Shown: positions 42,331 to 55,276 of the stretch, in pieces
Layout of the letters: each line of letters starts with the position of its first letter
How positions within the stretch are numbered: position 1 is the first letter of the stretch
NCBI GenBank assembly: GCA_964016885.1
Contig: OZ024762.1
Location: 22,506,001-22,570,000 of the forward strand
Length of the DNA: 64,000 bases
Direction of reading: 5' to 3'
From: Eledone cirrhosa
Taxonomy: Eukaryota
Notes under the pieces: generated by a model
Told to the model about the DNA's origin: nothing
The model's database searches: none
The model's input: the letters and a program-made list of their open reading frames with translations, nothing else
Made by a program: the position numbers and the translations under genes

Positions 42331-42337
<7 letters not shown>

Positions 42338-42762
42338 TAAACGGAATAGAAAATGCTGACAAATTGTTCACAGTTGAAAAATGGTTTAATTAGGAATAAA
42401 AGAGTATTAGTCATTGTATGGGTTAGTATTCAGTTGTGGTTTTAAGTTTTTAAAGTTTTTACCGGTTGCGCATTTCTAAATGCTTTTCAAAAATAATTTT
42501 GAGATAGAGTGTCCGTGTTGTTTGCTCTGATCTGGGCAAACAACACGGACACTCTATCTGAAAATTATTTTTGAAAAGCATTTAGAAATTCGCAACCGGT
42601 AAAAACTTAAAAAACTTAAAACCACAACTGAATACTAACCCATACAATGACTAATACTCTTTTATTCCTAATTAAACCATTTTTCAACTGTGAACAATTT
42701 GTCAGCATTTTCTATTCCGTTTACCAATATATAATAACTTGTGTGTTACACCTCTATTCTTT

Positions 42763-42766
<4 letters not shown>
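42331..42766. mobile_element. Family F foldback element (~200-bp arms plus tail) with mirrored U3-A8 hammerhead-like motifs
   Basis: Arms 42331-42528 and 42535-42730; TTGAAAA gcattt-ag-aaatgc GCAA ccgg TA at 42456-42494 (-) and 42567-42605 (+). Confidence 0.9.
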
Positions 42767-42813
<47 letters not shown>

Positions 42814-43073
42814 TGAGAGAGAGAGAGATCAAAAATAGAAAAATATATTCAAATCCCGAATGAAAGTAGAGATGGATAGATAAGATTAAATACCAGGCGT
42901 AAAAGCAGCGTGTAGCTCGATATTTATTCATGCGATCCTAATAAGCGTTGCGATTTATCGATATATGCAGAGTTAGAGCTTATGAAGTGTTAGTGATGCA
43001 TATAGTTGATAAGCAGAGCATTTATAATCAGAATTTAAAGAAGGAGAATTAAATATCAATTATCAGAGATGTA

Positions 43074-43243
43074 GGCGGTGGATTTGGCAGTATTGGTAGG
43101 GGGTCGGACGCCATGCTTTGACGCATTATCAGTTCAAATCCCGCCGAGGTTAACTTTGAATTTCACCCTTACGAGGTCCATAAAATAAAGTACCAGTAAT
43201 ACACTGGGTAATTGCTGATCTTGTGCCAACAGTAGAAACAATT
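43074..43243 (+). mobile_element. Main-family SINE with internal deletion
   Basis: A/B boxes, central domain, tail. Confidence 0.85.
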
Positions 43244-43248
43244 AACAG

Positions 43249-43500
43249 AGAGGTTTATTCACATTGCGGACAATTGTTTCTTTGATCTGGCAGGTCTAGA
43301 GATAGCTACCCGCCTGATTTTGCATCAATCGATCACCAATACTTTGTTATAACCAGTCTATTCATCAAAGCATGCGAGAATGAAGGTGAGACTGGTTATA
43401 ACAAAGTATTGGTGATCGATTGACGCAACATCAGGCGGGTAGCGATCTCTAGACCTACCAGTTCAGAGAAACAATTGTCAGCAATGTGAATAAAGCTCTT
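43249..43500. mobile_element. Family G foldback element (~110-bp arms)
   Basis: 43249-43359 inverted versus 43389-43498; arms contain GAAA caattg TC. Confidence 0.88.
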
Positions 43501-43544
43501 ATTGTATAGCAAACCATGTCACTCTTCTTTCTTGATATATTATA

Positions 43545-45482
43545 TATGAAAGTATTGAAGTTTGCTTGAAGCATTGTAGAATAATAAACATTTGGTCGTT
43601 TTGGAAGCCTCAACAAAGCAGATGGGTAAATCTCCGGGTAACAGAATCCGGTGGTGAAGAGAGAGATTTAAGAGGAAATGTATAATGAGACGTATAGTGT
43701 GTAGAGGAACGCAGGAAAGAGTGTAAAAATAATAACACGAGATAGAGTTACCTTGGGAGAGATTTAATTGTCCTTATATTTCGGATTTCGTATCCATCAA
43801 CTGGGGGTTTTCCCAGGGGAAAGTTTTTAGTCGGAGAGGAACGGTACGTGGCCTCTGTTGTCCGCCGTTTGTGTTCAACTCTACACACATATTCTGTAGA
43901 GCGCGCGTGCGCGGGGAATAGGTGCGGTGAAGCAAATGTCGAGGCAGTTCCTCGGAGTGGGATGGTGCATCACTGTCAATCCATTATACTACCTATATTC
44001 AGTCTTTGATACTGGCAATGTCGGTAGTCTGCCTGGTCGCTTGTTGGTCGGTGGATGGTGGGCACGCTATACACACCATAACAATCGTTCGAATGCCACT
44101 GTGTGTGTGTGTGTGTTGTTGTTTTGTTTGTTTACACCAGCCACATCATCTCCCCTCTCTCGGATCGGTTATTTATTTGTGGTCCTAGGCGTTTGATCCA
44201 AAGTGCTTCCTTGATTCTTAAAGTGCCGATGTTGCGTTCTGTCGCTAGCACTGTGGCAATGGGCCTTTCGTCTTTGTTTCCGCATTTGGTTATGTGTTTG
44301 CAGGAAGACGAGGCTCTGGTGTTGATGTGCTCCTTGATCCGGATATGTAGTGGCCGGATTGTGCTACCGATATAGTAGTGGTTGCACTTGTCACATTCTA
44401 CCCAGTATACAACGTATGTGCGTAAGCAACAGTTCGTTTGGCGCATCGGACAGTTGCTGAGGGAACACGCGTCAGCCAATTTCCCGGGTTTCCAGGAGAG
44501 GCATCTCCGTAGGGAGGGGCCCGAGTGGGCCAGGTGGATGTCGAGGCCCCCTCTCTCGGTATAGCCCTGCGGATAGCGTTGGTGGTTTTCTCGCTCAGGT
44601 TCGGGATTTTAAGGAAGCACTTGCTTTGGGTGTTTCTCTGCCTCTTGCGTCTAGTGTCTCTTACTCTGCTTGTAAGTGAGGCTGGGTATCCGTTCGTCTC
44701 CAGCACCCTGAGGAACCGCTTGGTGTGGGTGACACCACTCACGGGATCGCTGCATCTGTTTTTAAACCGCGTGATCTGGTTCGTGATGTACCCTCTTTTA
44801 GCACTGTTAGGGAGGGCATATTTGTAGTGGCTGAACAAGTCTTTGCAGGATGACTTGCGGTAGAAGCTGGTGTGGACCCCTCCCTGCTACGTGATGTTGA
44901 TTCGGAAGTCGAGGAGGGCAAGGGATCCATTGTCGTTGGGGTGTTCAACACTGAAGTCAATATTCTCGTCCGTGTTGCTGAACGTCTCGTTAATCCGGCT
45001 CGCCATCTCCTGGGAAGATGTGAGGATGGCGATGTCATCCATGTATCTTGAGAAGAAGACGACGGCGTTGGGGTGGCAGGTGTTGAGTACCTTGCGCTCG
45101 AGGCTGTCCATGTATGAGATCGCTAGCACAGCCGACAGGCTTGAGCCCATGGGCAGCCCCGAGGTCTGCCGGTATGTTTGGTCGAGAAAACCGAAATACG
45201 TGTTGTCAACGACGACGGATAGGAGTTGATGGAGGTCAGTGGGGGGTGAGCCCGAACCAGTGTAGGTCGGCAGATTGGACGCGTTCCATCAGTATATCAA
45301 CAGCCGGGAGCGCCGGGACCGAGGTGTAGAAAGCGACCACATCAAGGCTGAAGTCATACCTGTTAGCCTTCCTGGTGTCTGGATCCATTTGATGCAAGCG
45401 CTCCAACACCTTCTCGGAGCTGTTTACGTGTCCACGCAAGGTGTCTAGTATGGGTTCGAGTATTCTGGCTAGGAGCCATGAA
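43545..45482 (-). mobile_element. Penelope-like retroelement, 5' truncated, TA-flanked
   Basis: RT and GIY-YIG in one frameshifted reading frame, followed by ~590 nt of 3' region. Confidence 0.9.
44132..45482 (-). pseudogene. Penelope-type reverse transcriptase plus GIY-YIG endonuclease (frameshifted)
   Basis: FSLDVVAFYTSVP, GLPMGSSLSAVLAISYM, SRYMDDIAI, LALLDF, VVYWVECDKCNHYYIGSTIRPLHIRIKEH, LRIKEALWI...PQINNR. Confidence 0.92.
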
Positions 45483-45567
45483 ATTTGTATATATATATAT
45501 ATATGGCGTAGAAAAATGGCGTAGGATAGAAGAAAGGAAAGGCACAGAAACGAAGAAAGAAATCCCC

Positions 45568-45612
45568 AGTCACTGAAGAGGTCACAGAGTGTGTGACGAA
45601 AGAACTATGACT
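45568..45612 (+). ncRNA. Minimal hammerhead ribozyme (H-like; element ~45505-45770)
   Basis: agtca CTGAAGA g gtcaca-gagtg-tgtgac GAAA gaac TA tgact; 3' end atgaccctcccaaagtataacaata matches family H. Confidence 0.85.
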
Positions 45613-45853
45613 ATATATATATAAACAACTATCTGGTTGTGGAACCAACCAACCAACCAGAAATTTATAAATTTGTAAATTTATAAATATATAATAAATT
45701 AAATTGAAGTGAAAGCAACTGGTGCGTGTGTTTCTTATTGGCAACATGACCCTCCCAAAGTATAACAATATCGGTTTCAACACACGATTTCAGATAAAGA
45801 ATCTTGCTAAACAAATTCAGAAACGAAATATATATATATTTATATATATATAT

Positions 45854-46098
45854 GCAAAAGTTCTATTTAAATTGTTGGGATACCACAAGTAAATATTTTT
45901 ATAACTGATATAAAGCACTCGATGTCTTCCAAAGTTAACGGTCGCATTTTGAAAGGGTACGTCAATGTTTATTTATAAAACTGGTATATATTGTATTTTG
46001 TCTGATGAAGGCATACCATAATTTAACTTGGTATCCTTGAAATATGTATAATGAAATAAATATGGTTTTATAAATATAGTTTCCATTTGTTAATATCG

Positions 46099-46099
<1 letters not shown>
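45854..46099 (+). mobile_element. Family B1 element with hammerhead at 45988-46063
   Basis: atattgtattttgt CTGATGA aggcatacca-loop-tggtatcctt GAAA tatgta TA atgaaataaatat. Confidence 0.88.
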
Positions 46100-46166
<67 letters not shown>

Positions 46167-46294
46167 TCGAGGAGAGAGAGAGGGAGAGAGAGAGTGTAAC
46201 GTGCAGTTACTGTAGGTTTAACCGTGAGAGAGCACTCGATGTTTAGATCCATGTCTGTAACGAGGTGTAGAACGAAACAGTGTGTAAATATAAT

Positions 46295-46475
46295 AATTGT
46301 TTCTACTTTAGGCACAAGGCCAGCAATTATCCCAGTGCATTACTGGTACTTTATCTTATCGACCCACGTAAAGATGAAAGGCAAAGTTAACATCGGCGGG
46401 ATTTGAACTCAGACCATAAAAGGGCGTAACTCTATGCTGCAAAGCATGGCGTCGGACGCTCTACCGATACTGCCA
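46295..46475 (-). mobile_element. Main-family SINE
   Basis: Full consensus match. Confidence 0.9.
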
Positions 46476-46515
46476 AAAAGGAGGATTTGTTATATCTTCC
46501 TTACGTTTATTGATT

Positions 46516-46604
46516 GGTGCCGCGCGTTTCGCTATTGATCAGCTCAAGGTTCGATCTGTATCGATCTAGCCCGACTCTGGTAGGTATCAAAAGCTCATCG
46601 GACC
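46516..46604 (-). ncRNA. Family K hammerhead variant, cleavage triplet mutated
   Basis: Minus strand: ggt CCGATGA gcttttgat...atcaatagc GAAA cgcgcg GC acc. Confidence 0.55.
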
Positions 46605-46989
46605 TCTGGTTATATAGTTAAATAGCTTCACCAAACCGCAATTGGCAAAAAGTGGGGGGTATTGTTACACAGTTGAAGACATGGCTAATACCAAATAGAT
46701 AGAAAGCGGGCAACCAGGGAGAGGTTCTTCTAACAAGAGTGATAAGGCCTCGGATAGGATTGGATTGGACTACAACAAGATAAATACTCTACAATACGTA
46801 TTGAGTTCTCATATTTTTCTGCTTAAAGTCTATGGTTGATCTCCTATAATGTTGAGATCTTATACAGATGATTATGTTATATACTTCTGCTGAGTATCTT
46901 GAAAGTGGATGGCTGTATCTCATGGACGTTTGATGAGCTGATAAGGAGATACGGAGAGAGAGAGGGGGGGGGGGAGAAAGAGAAGGAAA

Positions 46990-47770
46990 GAGAGGAGAGA
47001 AAGAGAAAGAGACACACACACACACACACACACACATACACACACATATATCTACATGCAAACACAAACATATATTTATATATATATTTATATATATATT
47101 ACAATAAATATATATATATATGTACATTAATATTTATATGTACAAACATAAACACACCCAAACATATATATATATATAGAGAGAGAGAGAGGAGAGAAAG
47201 AGAAAGAGAGGGAGACACACACACACACACACACACACATATCTACATGCAAACACAAACATATATTTATATATATATTTATATATATATTACAATAAAT
47301 ATATATATATATGTACATTAATATTTATATGTACAAACATAAACACACCCAAACATATATATATATATAGAGAGAGAGAGAGGAGAGAAAGAGAAAGAGA
47401 GGGAGACACACACACACACACACACACACACATATCTACATGCAAACACAAACATATATTTATATATATATTTATATATATATTACAATAAATATATATA
47501 TATATGTACATTAATATTTATATGTACAAACATAAACACACCCAAACATATATATATATATAGAGAGAGAGAGAGGAGAGAAAGAGAAAGAGAGGGAGGC
47601 ACACACACACACATACACACACATATATATACATGCAAACACAAACATATATTTATATATATATTACAATAAATATATATATATATGTACATTAATATAT
47701 ATATGTACAAACATAAACACACCCACATACACACATACACGCACAGACATATATATATAGAGAGAGAGAG
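46990..47770. repeat. ~192-bp compound-microsatellite tandem (4 copies)
   Basis: Near-identical ORF starts at 47127, 47318 and 47511. Confidence 0.9.
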
Positions 47771-47902
47771 AGGAAAGAGAGGAGAGAGACCGGAAAGAGG
47801 AGAGAGGAGAGAGAGAGGCGAAAGAGAGAGAGAGGAGAGAGAGAGGCGAAAGAGAGAGAGGAGACAGAGAGGCGAAAGAGAGAGAGGAGAGAGAGAGGCG
47901 AA

Positions 47903-47934
<32 letters not shown>

Positions 47935-47983
47935 AGTAGGGAGAGATAATGTGTTAAATATATATATATATATATATATATAT

Positions 47984-48122
47984 AACGAAGGAAATGTGGT
48001 AAAAAACCAGGTGGACCATAACGCACCCAAGTACTCAATACTTAAGGTAGTGGAGTGGGTAATAGGAACCAGTAAGACCCCGTCGAAACGGCTTGAGCTC
48101 AGCCGTCGGCGTCTTACTGGTT

Positions 48123-48125
<3 letters not shown>
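47984..48125 (-). mobile_element. Family A copy with internal deletion
   Basis: Tail, ggaaccagtaagac, then gtcgaaacggcttgagctcagccgtc and the inverted end gtcttactggttcc. Confidence 0.88.
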
Positions 48126-48156
<31 letters not shown>

Positions 48157-48164
<8 letters not shown>

Positions 48165-48624
48165 ATATTAATAAATGGAAACTATATTTATAAAACCATA
48201 ATTATTTTATTATACATATTTCAAGGGTGACCAAGGTAAATTATGGTGCGGTTTCATCAGATAAAATACAGATTTGTTTTATAAATAAATATTGACATAC
48301 CCGGAAAAGAGGCAACCTCAACGGTTGAAATTCGGTGGATATACTATATATTATCCAGCGAATTTCTACCGTTGAGGTTGTCTTTTTTTCGGGTATGTCA
48401 ATATTTATTTATAAAACAAATCTGTATTTTATCTGATGAAAGCGCACCATAATTTACCTTGGCCGCCCTTGAAATATGTATAATAAAATAATTATGGTTT
48501 TATAAATATAGTTTCCATTTATTAATATATTGTATATTTACTCCACTCAGCTGTTGAGTGCTTTATATCAGATATAAAAATGTTTAAGCTTGTTGAATCT
48601 CAACAAATTAAATATAACCACTGC
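48157..48624. mobile_element. Family B1 complete foldback element with mirrored hammerheads (48203-48268 -, 48425-48490 +)
   Basis: ~185-bp arms centred ~48346; tail 48537-48624; tattttat CTGATGA...GAAA tatgta TA ataaaata. Confidence 0.92.
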
Positions 48625-48734
48625 ATATATATATATATATATATCACGCATAAGCATATAAGAATTGTCCGTTTTAAAATACGAACATAAAACGAAGAAG
48701 TGAAAGAGAGAAAGGAGGTCAGAGAAAGAAGGTC

Positions 48735-48765
<31 letters not shown>

Positions 48766-49303
48766 AGGTAAGGAATTTGAATGATTAATTGGAAGTCACG
48801 TGACGTTGAAAGACCTTTCCATTGAACAGAGCCCGGACACGCTGCCATAAATATTAGAGAGCGAATCCAAGAGAACGGTCACTGATATTCTAATGAATCT
48901 TTGATTGGTTCTGGGAATTCTGGCTAGAAGTTTTGCACAGAGAACGCCGTCTGGGAGGCAAGTTTTGTACAACGTTTGGAAAATTGGAATTAACGCAGAG
49001 ACACGCTTGCTTGCTCGGTGGCATTAGTTGGAGGGGGGTACGTTGGTGTTTTTGAACGTGTGAAGATGTGAAGATGTGAAGATGAGAAAGAAAATTATGT
49101 GATATGGGTGTGTGTGTGTGTATGATATGTGGGGGTGATATGTGAGGTAAGCTATAGCTTTGCAGCTTTGCAGTGTTGTACAATTATGAAGAGAAGAGCT
49201 GGTTATTAAAATGCTTGCTATTACACATATATATATATTTATGTATGTACGTATAAATGTATATATATATATTTATATGTGTATATATTTATATATGTAC
49301 GCA

Positions 49304-49340
<37 letters not shown>

Positions 49341-49667
49341 GTGTGTGTGTGTACGTATAAATATATGTATATATACTTATGTATGTACGTATAAATATAT
49401 GTATACATATATTTATGTATGTACGTATATAAATATATATATACATATATATATATATATATTTATGTACGTATATATATATATATATATATGTGTATAA
49501 TAGCAAGCAGTTTAATAAATAAATAAATATCTCCATATATATATACATATGCGTTATATATATATGCATATACGTTATATATATATGCACATACGTTATA
49601 TATATGTGCATATATGTTGCATATATATATATATATATATATATGTATACACATTATATATACGTGT

Positions 49668-49728
<61 letters not shown>

Positions 49729-49873
49729 GTATATATACATATATGATTTATACGCGAGTGTATATGTGTATATCTTAGCATGTATATGAGGTAGTTGTAT
49801 GTGGCGACAGATTATGAATGTGTTCGTGAAAACACTCCATCAAACGATGGAATTAATTATGCAGAGACACACG

Positions 49874-49909
<36 letters not shown>

Positions 49910-49963
49910 CATACATACATAAATGCATACATATATATGTGTGTGTGTCTGTAAGTATATATT

Positions 49964-50023
<60 letters not shown>

Positions 50024-50038
50024 CATGCATATATATAA

Positions 50039-50099
<61 letters not shown>

Positions 50100-50195
50100 T
50101 ATATATATATATATAAGTATATATATATATAAGTATATATATATATAAGTATATATATATAAGTATGTATATATAAGTATATATATATGTATATA

Positions 50196-50441
<246 letters not shown>

Positions 50442-50465
50442 CATATATATATATGTATATATATA

Positions 50466-50553
<88 letters not shown>

Positions 50554-50689
50554 TATGAGGGGGGAATGTGTGTGTGTATGTGTGTCCGTTTATACGAATG
50601 AGTTTGTGTGTGTTTCAAAAATGTGTGAAATATTGTGTGAAGACGTGTTCTCACGTGTTCTGTCAGCTTTGCAATTTACACACAGACAC

Positions 50690-51290
50690 ACAGACACACA
50701 GACACGCATTAGTAAACATAGATAAACACACAATACACACACACACACACACAGACACGCATTAGTAAACATAGATAAACACACAATACACACGCAGACA
50801 CGCATTAGTAAACATAGATAAACACACAATACACACGCAGACACGCATTAGTAAACATAGATAAACACACAATGCACAAACACACGCATTAGTAAACATA
50901 GATAATACACACAATACACACACACACACACAGACACGCATTAGTAAATATAGATAATACACACAATACACACACACAGACACGCATTAGTAAACAGATA
51001 AACACACAAACCACACACACACACACACAGACACGCATTAGTAAACACAGATAAACACACAATACACACACACACAGACACGCATTAGTAAACATAGATA
51101 AACACACAATACACACACACAGAGACACGCATTAGTAAACATAGATAAACACACAATACACACACACAGACACGCATTAGTAAGCAGATAAACACAATAC
51201 ACACAGACACGCATTAGTAAACATAGGTAAACACACAATACACACACACACACACAGACACGCATTAGTAAACATAGATAAACACACAAT
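50690..51290. repeat. Variable ~45-bp minisatellite
   Basis: cagacacgcattagtaaacatagataaacacacaata(ca)n. Confidence 0.93.
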
Positions 51291-51304
51291 CCACTCTTAA
51301 GAGT

Positions 51305-51725
51305 CAATGGCCATCCAAAATCCCCGGGAGAGATGACCCCTTAGCCTTTGTCAAGGCAGAATTCTAGGAGAAGGAAAACTCTGATATAACACCTGCAACC
51401 CTGATGGTATCCAATGATGTTGACTTGTTCTTCTTTTTGGTAAATATCATCTTGGTTAAGAGAGTGGGACTGGCTTTGTGCAGTGCCTTTGCTCACTATA
51501 AAAGCTTCACGGCACAGGCATTGCTTTATATCTAGAGATCTCTCTGCACTTGTCGTCACATGGTACCATGGGCCCAGCACAATGTGTCAATAATTGTCAC
51601 AAGTGTAGTGTTTGTACCAGTCGCTGGCTGGACTAAAAAGTCACACTCGTTCAGCGCATCAGTAGGGGTTCTCCTACATGGATATAAAGTAGTGGCCGTA
51701 CTCGAAAACGAGTTGGCAGCCACCA
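51305..51725 (+). mobile_element. Interspersed repeat, possibly an RTE-type 5' region (second copy 53880-54105)
   Basis: Shared ttctaggagaagg...agagagtggga...ctttgctcactataaaa...cacaggcattgc; family assignment is a guess. Confidence 0.5.
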
Positions 51726-52275
51726 TGTACGTATGTATATATCTATGTGTGTGTGTAAGTATGTATATATCTATGTGTGTGTGTACGTATGTATATATCT
51801 ATGTGTGTGTAAGTGTGTATATATCTATATATGTGTGTGAACGTATGTATATATCTATATATGTGTGTGAACGTATGTATATATCTATGTGTGTGTGTAC
51901 GTATGTATATATCTATGTGTGTGTATGTATGTATATACCTATGTGTATGTGTACGTATGTATATATCTATGTGTGTGTGTACGTATGTATATATCTATGT
52001 GTGTGTGTACGTATGTATATATCTATGTGTGTGTGTAAGTGTGTATATATCTATATGTGTGTGTAAGTATGTATACATCTATGAGTGTGTATGTATGTAT
52101 AAATCTATGTGTTTACGTATGTATACATCTATGTGTGTGTGTAAGTATGTATATATCTATGTGTGTGTGTACGTATCTATATATCTATGTGTGTGTGTAC
52201 GTATCTATATATCTATGTGTGTGTGTACGTATGTATATATCTATGTGTGTGTGTAAGTGTGTACATATGTGTGTT
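51726..52275. repeat. ~28-30-bp microsatellite-derived tandem
   Basis: gtatgtatatatctatgtgtgtgtgtac. Confidence 0.9.
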
Positions 52276-52317
52276 CGTATTTAAACCAGAAGAAATAACC
52301 CACCAAAGACAACTGGA

Positions 52318-52391
52318 ATCATCAGGAAGCCCTGATGATTTCTCCCGAATGAAACAGTTCTAGTCCTGTAGAAGCCATTTCTATATTAAAT
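52318..52391 (+). ncRNA. Family L hammerhead-like motif
   Basis: CTGATGA tttctcccgaat GAAA cag-ttctagtc-ctg TA gaagcc; preceded by its own inverted copy aatcatcagg. Confidence 0.55.
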
Positions 52392-52457
52392 ATTTAAACT
52401 CTGCTATGTATTGAGTACCTTACTTACTGTGGTTACCCCCGATTGAACCCGGGATAA

Positions 52458-52491
<34 letters not shown>

Positions 52492-52522
52492 ATGTATATA
52501 CATAAATATGATGTGTGTGTGC

Positions 52523-52586
<64 letters not shown>

Positions 52587-53140
52587 ATATATTTGTAGTA
52601 GTACCGACTCACTCCTGTCAATCAAACCAAAGCCACGCCTACCTATTAAGAGATAAATTAGATCTAAACAAAACAAGATGTCTTTCTTATTTAGTATTAA
52701 AACCAGAATCTTAATGGTAAGGGAGATAATCCATATAATTGTTTCTACTTTTAGCACAAGGCCAGCAAATACCCAGTTCATTACTGGTACTTTATTTGAT
52801 CGACACGGTAATGATGAAATGAAAAGTTAACTCGACGATAATCCAGATACTATTAATGGTTTCTAATTTAGGCACAAGACCAGCAAATATCTTACATATA
52901 ATGTGTAGAAGCCGTGAGTTAGCAATGTCGTTAGAACGCCGGATAGAATGTTCTACGATATTCTTTCCAGCGCTTTGCAATCTGAGCTCAAATCTTGTGG
53001 AGGTCAACTTTGCCTTTCACCCTTTCGAGATCGTTAAATATAATTACCAGTGGTGTATTGAGCAATCGATTCTTTCCCAATATTTTATTTATCACATTCT
53101 CTGCAAGAATTCGAAGTCGACTAAGTGTAATATTATCTAT

Positions 53141-53232
53141 AGTGGTAGTAGTAGTACTAGTAGTAGTAGTAGTAGTAATAATTACAGTATTAGTAGTAGT
53201 AGTAGCAAGAGCAGCAGCAGTAGTAGTAGTAA

Positions 53233-53301
<69 letters not shown>

Positions 53302-53394
53302 CAGTATTAGAAGACGCAGCAGCAGTAGTAGTATTAGTAATAATAGTAGTAGTATTATTAGTAGTAGTAGTGGTCGAAGTAGTAGTAGTAGTAA

Positions 53395-53455
<61 letters not shown>
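53141..53455. repeat. (AGT)n/(AGC)n tract
   Basis: Direct inspection. Confidence 0.95.
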
Positions 53456-54121
53456 TAAGGAACATATCAGCTTTCATCGATCAAAGCGTTGATCGAATGA
53501 TCGAAGTCGTGTTATTCCTGATCACTTAATTAATTATTAAATATGTGTATCTAAGGTTGTTGATGGACACTGATCAAACAGACCTAGGATCAAAGAGCTT
53601 CCATCCGTGGCCACCCCATGTATTATTCAGACATTGTACTGTACCTAGAGACACCGTTGACAAATACGTGAGTAATGTTGTGTAGCGCAAGATCAAACCT
53701 GACAATACAAACCCATGACGATAGATATTCCATATATGGCAATCACATCAATTATGTATGTATGTGTATATGTGTATATGTGTACATGTGTGTATGAAAG
53801 GGTGTATGTATATGTGTGTATATATGTATATATGTATGTAGGTACGTATGTAGGTACGTATGTATGATCGCGCAGTTAAACCACTGGGAGTGAAGGACCC
53901 CTAGCCTCTGTCAGAGCATTCTTCTAGGAGAAGGCAACTCAGGGAACTCGGATAAAACCGACATAAAACCTGCGGATCAATAGTTACCGATGGTGTTGAT
54001 ATTTTCTTCTTTTCTGGTTATAGCTACTGTCACTCAGAGAGTGGGATTGGTTCAGTGCACAGTCTTTGCTCACTATAAAAATATCTTCACACACAGGCAT
54101 TGCACGATAGAATTAATTAAT

Positions 54122-54300
54122 TGATTCTACTTTAGGCACAAGGCCAGCAATTACCCAGTGCATTACTGGTACTTTATGTTATCGACCCCGAAAGGATGAA
54201 AGGCAAAGTCAACCTCGACGGAATTTGAACTCAGATCGTAAAGGGACGTAACTATGCTGGAAAGCATGGCGTCCGACCCTCTACCGATACTGCCAATCCA
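54122..54300 (-). mobile_element. Main-family SINE
   Basis: Full consensus match. Confidence 0.9.
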
Positions 54301-54511
54301 ATTAATAATGGTATATCGTGCAATGGCCATACTCGATAATGAGGGGGCAGCCATCAGGTATGCATATACGGATGCATGTATATATGCATGTATATGTGTA
54401 TGTTTGCATGTACATATACATCTATGAATGTACATATATATCTATACATGTATGTACGTGCGTGATATGCAACAAAGTGTATACAACTAGTTCCGGAGTA
54501 AAAAAAACACA

Positions 54512-54712
54512 TGGTGGTACCTAAAGATTGTGTCCCAAAGGGTGACCCCACCGGTCCTGTGGAAAGCACAACTCTCTTCTGTCACCTGTGTCGTAAACCA
54601 TGCAGATCTACCGCTGGCCTACAAAGTCATCTACGGAGTTATGGACGCAGATGGGATGATAACGAAGAATCAATAAGAGGCAGCAATCATCTATGAAGAC
54701 GCTGCAATCCTC
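54512..54712 (+). mobile_element. LINE 3' remnant with C2H2-like finger (RTE type likely)
   Basis: FCHLCRKPCRSTAGLQSHLRS. Confidence 0.55.
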
Positions 54713-54864
54713 AATATATACAAGGTGAACCCCAGAAATGTATACACAGGTTGATTAGAATGCTTTTGAGGTGTGTAACACCCTGTATATATAAGTACAT
54801 ATATATGTATATAAATATGTATTAGGCATATCCTGATATATGCATGTATATGGGAATGTATGAA

Positions 54865-54909
<45 letters not shown>

Positions 54910-54913
<4 letters not shown>

Positions 54914-55250
54914 AAAAAGGGATGAAATCGAAAATGCAACTGAAGTCTTATTTAAAAAAAAATATATATATATTTATTTGGTTCCTTTACCGGTTTCGCA
55001 GTTCTTCTGCTTTTCAAAAGGTGAGTTGAGATGGAGGGTCTGTGGTTTTCACAGACCCTCCATCTCAACTCACCTTTTGAAAAGCAGAAGAACTGCGAAA
55101 CCGGTAAAGGAACCAAATAAATATATATATTTATAAAAAAAAATAAGACTTCAGTTGCATTTTCGATTTCATCCCTTTTTCTTTATACTTCCACTCGTGT
55201 AGGACACCTCGGTTATTTTTCATTATGTAAAAAAAACCTCACTTTCTAAT
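54910..55250. mobile_element. Family E foldback element (~135-bp arms plus tail)
   Basis: Near-perfect inverted repeat around gtttt at 55045-55049. Confidence 0.93.
55073..55110 (+). ncRNA. 38-nt U3-A8 hammerhead (E); identical mirror on - at 54984-55021
   Basis: cctt TTGAAAA gcag-aagaa-ctgc GAAA ccgg TA aagg; stems I and II fully Watson-Crick. Confidence 0.85.
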
Positions 55251-55276
55251 ATATATATATATATATACATATATAT

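Noticed and set aside
43400-43490. Full hammerhead in family G
   Set aside because: GAAA caattg TC is present but no acceptable CUGANGA or stem I could be found.
48780-48930. Host promoter (gtcacgtgac, gattgg)
   Set aside because: Short motifs only, no linked exon; similar motifs occur inside the mobile elements.
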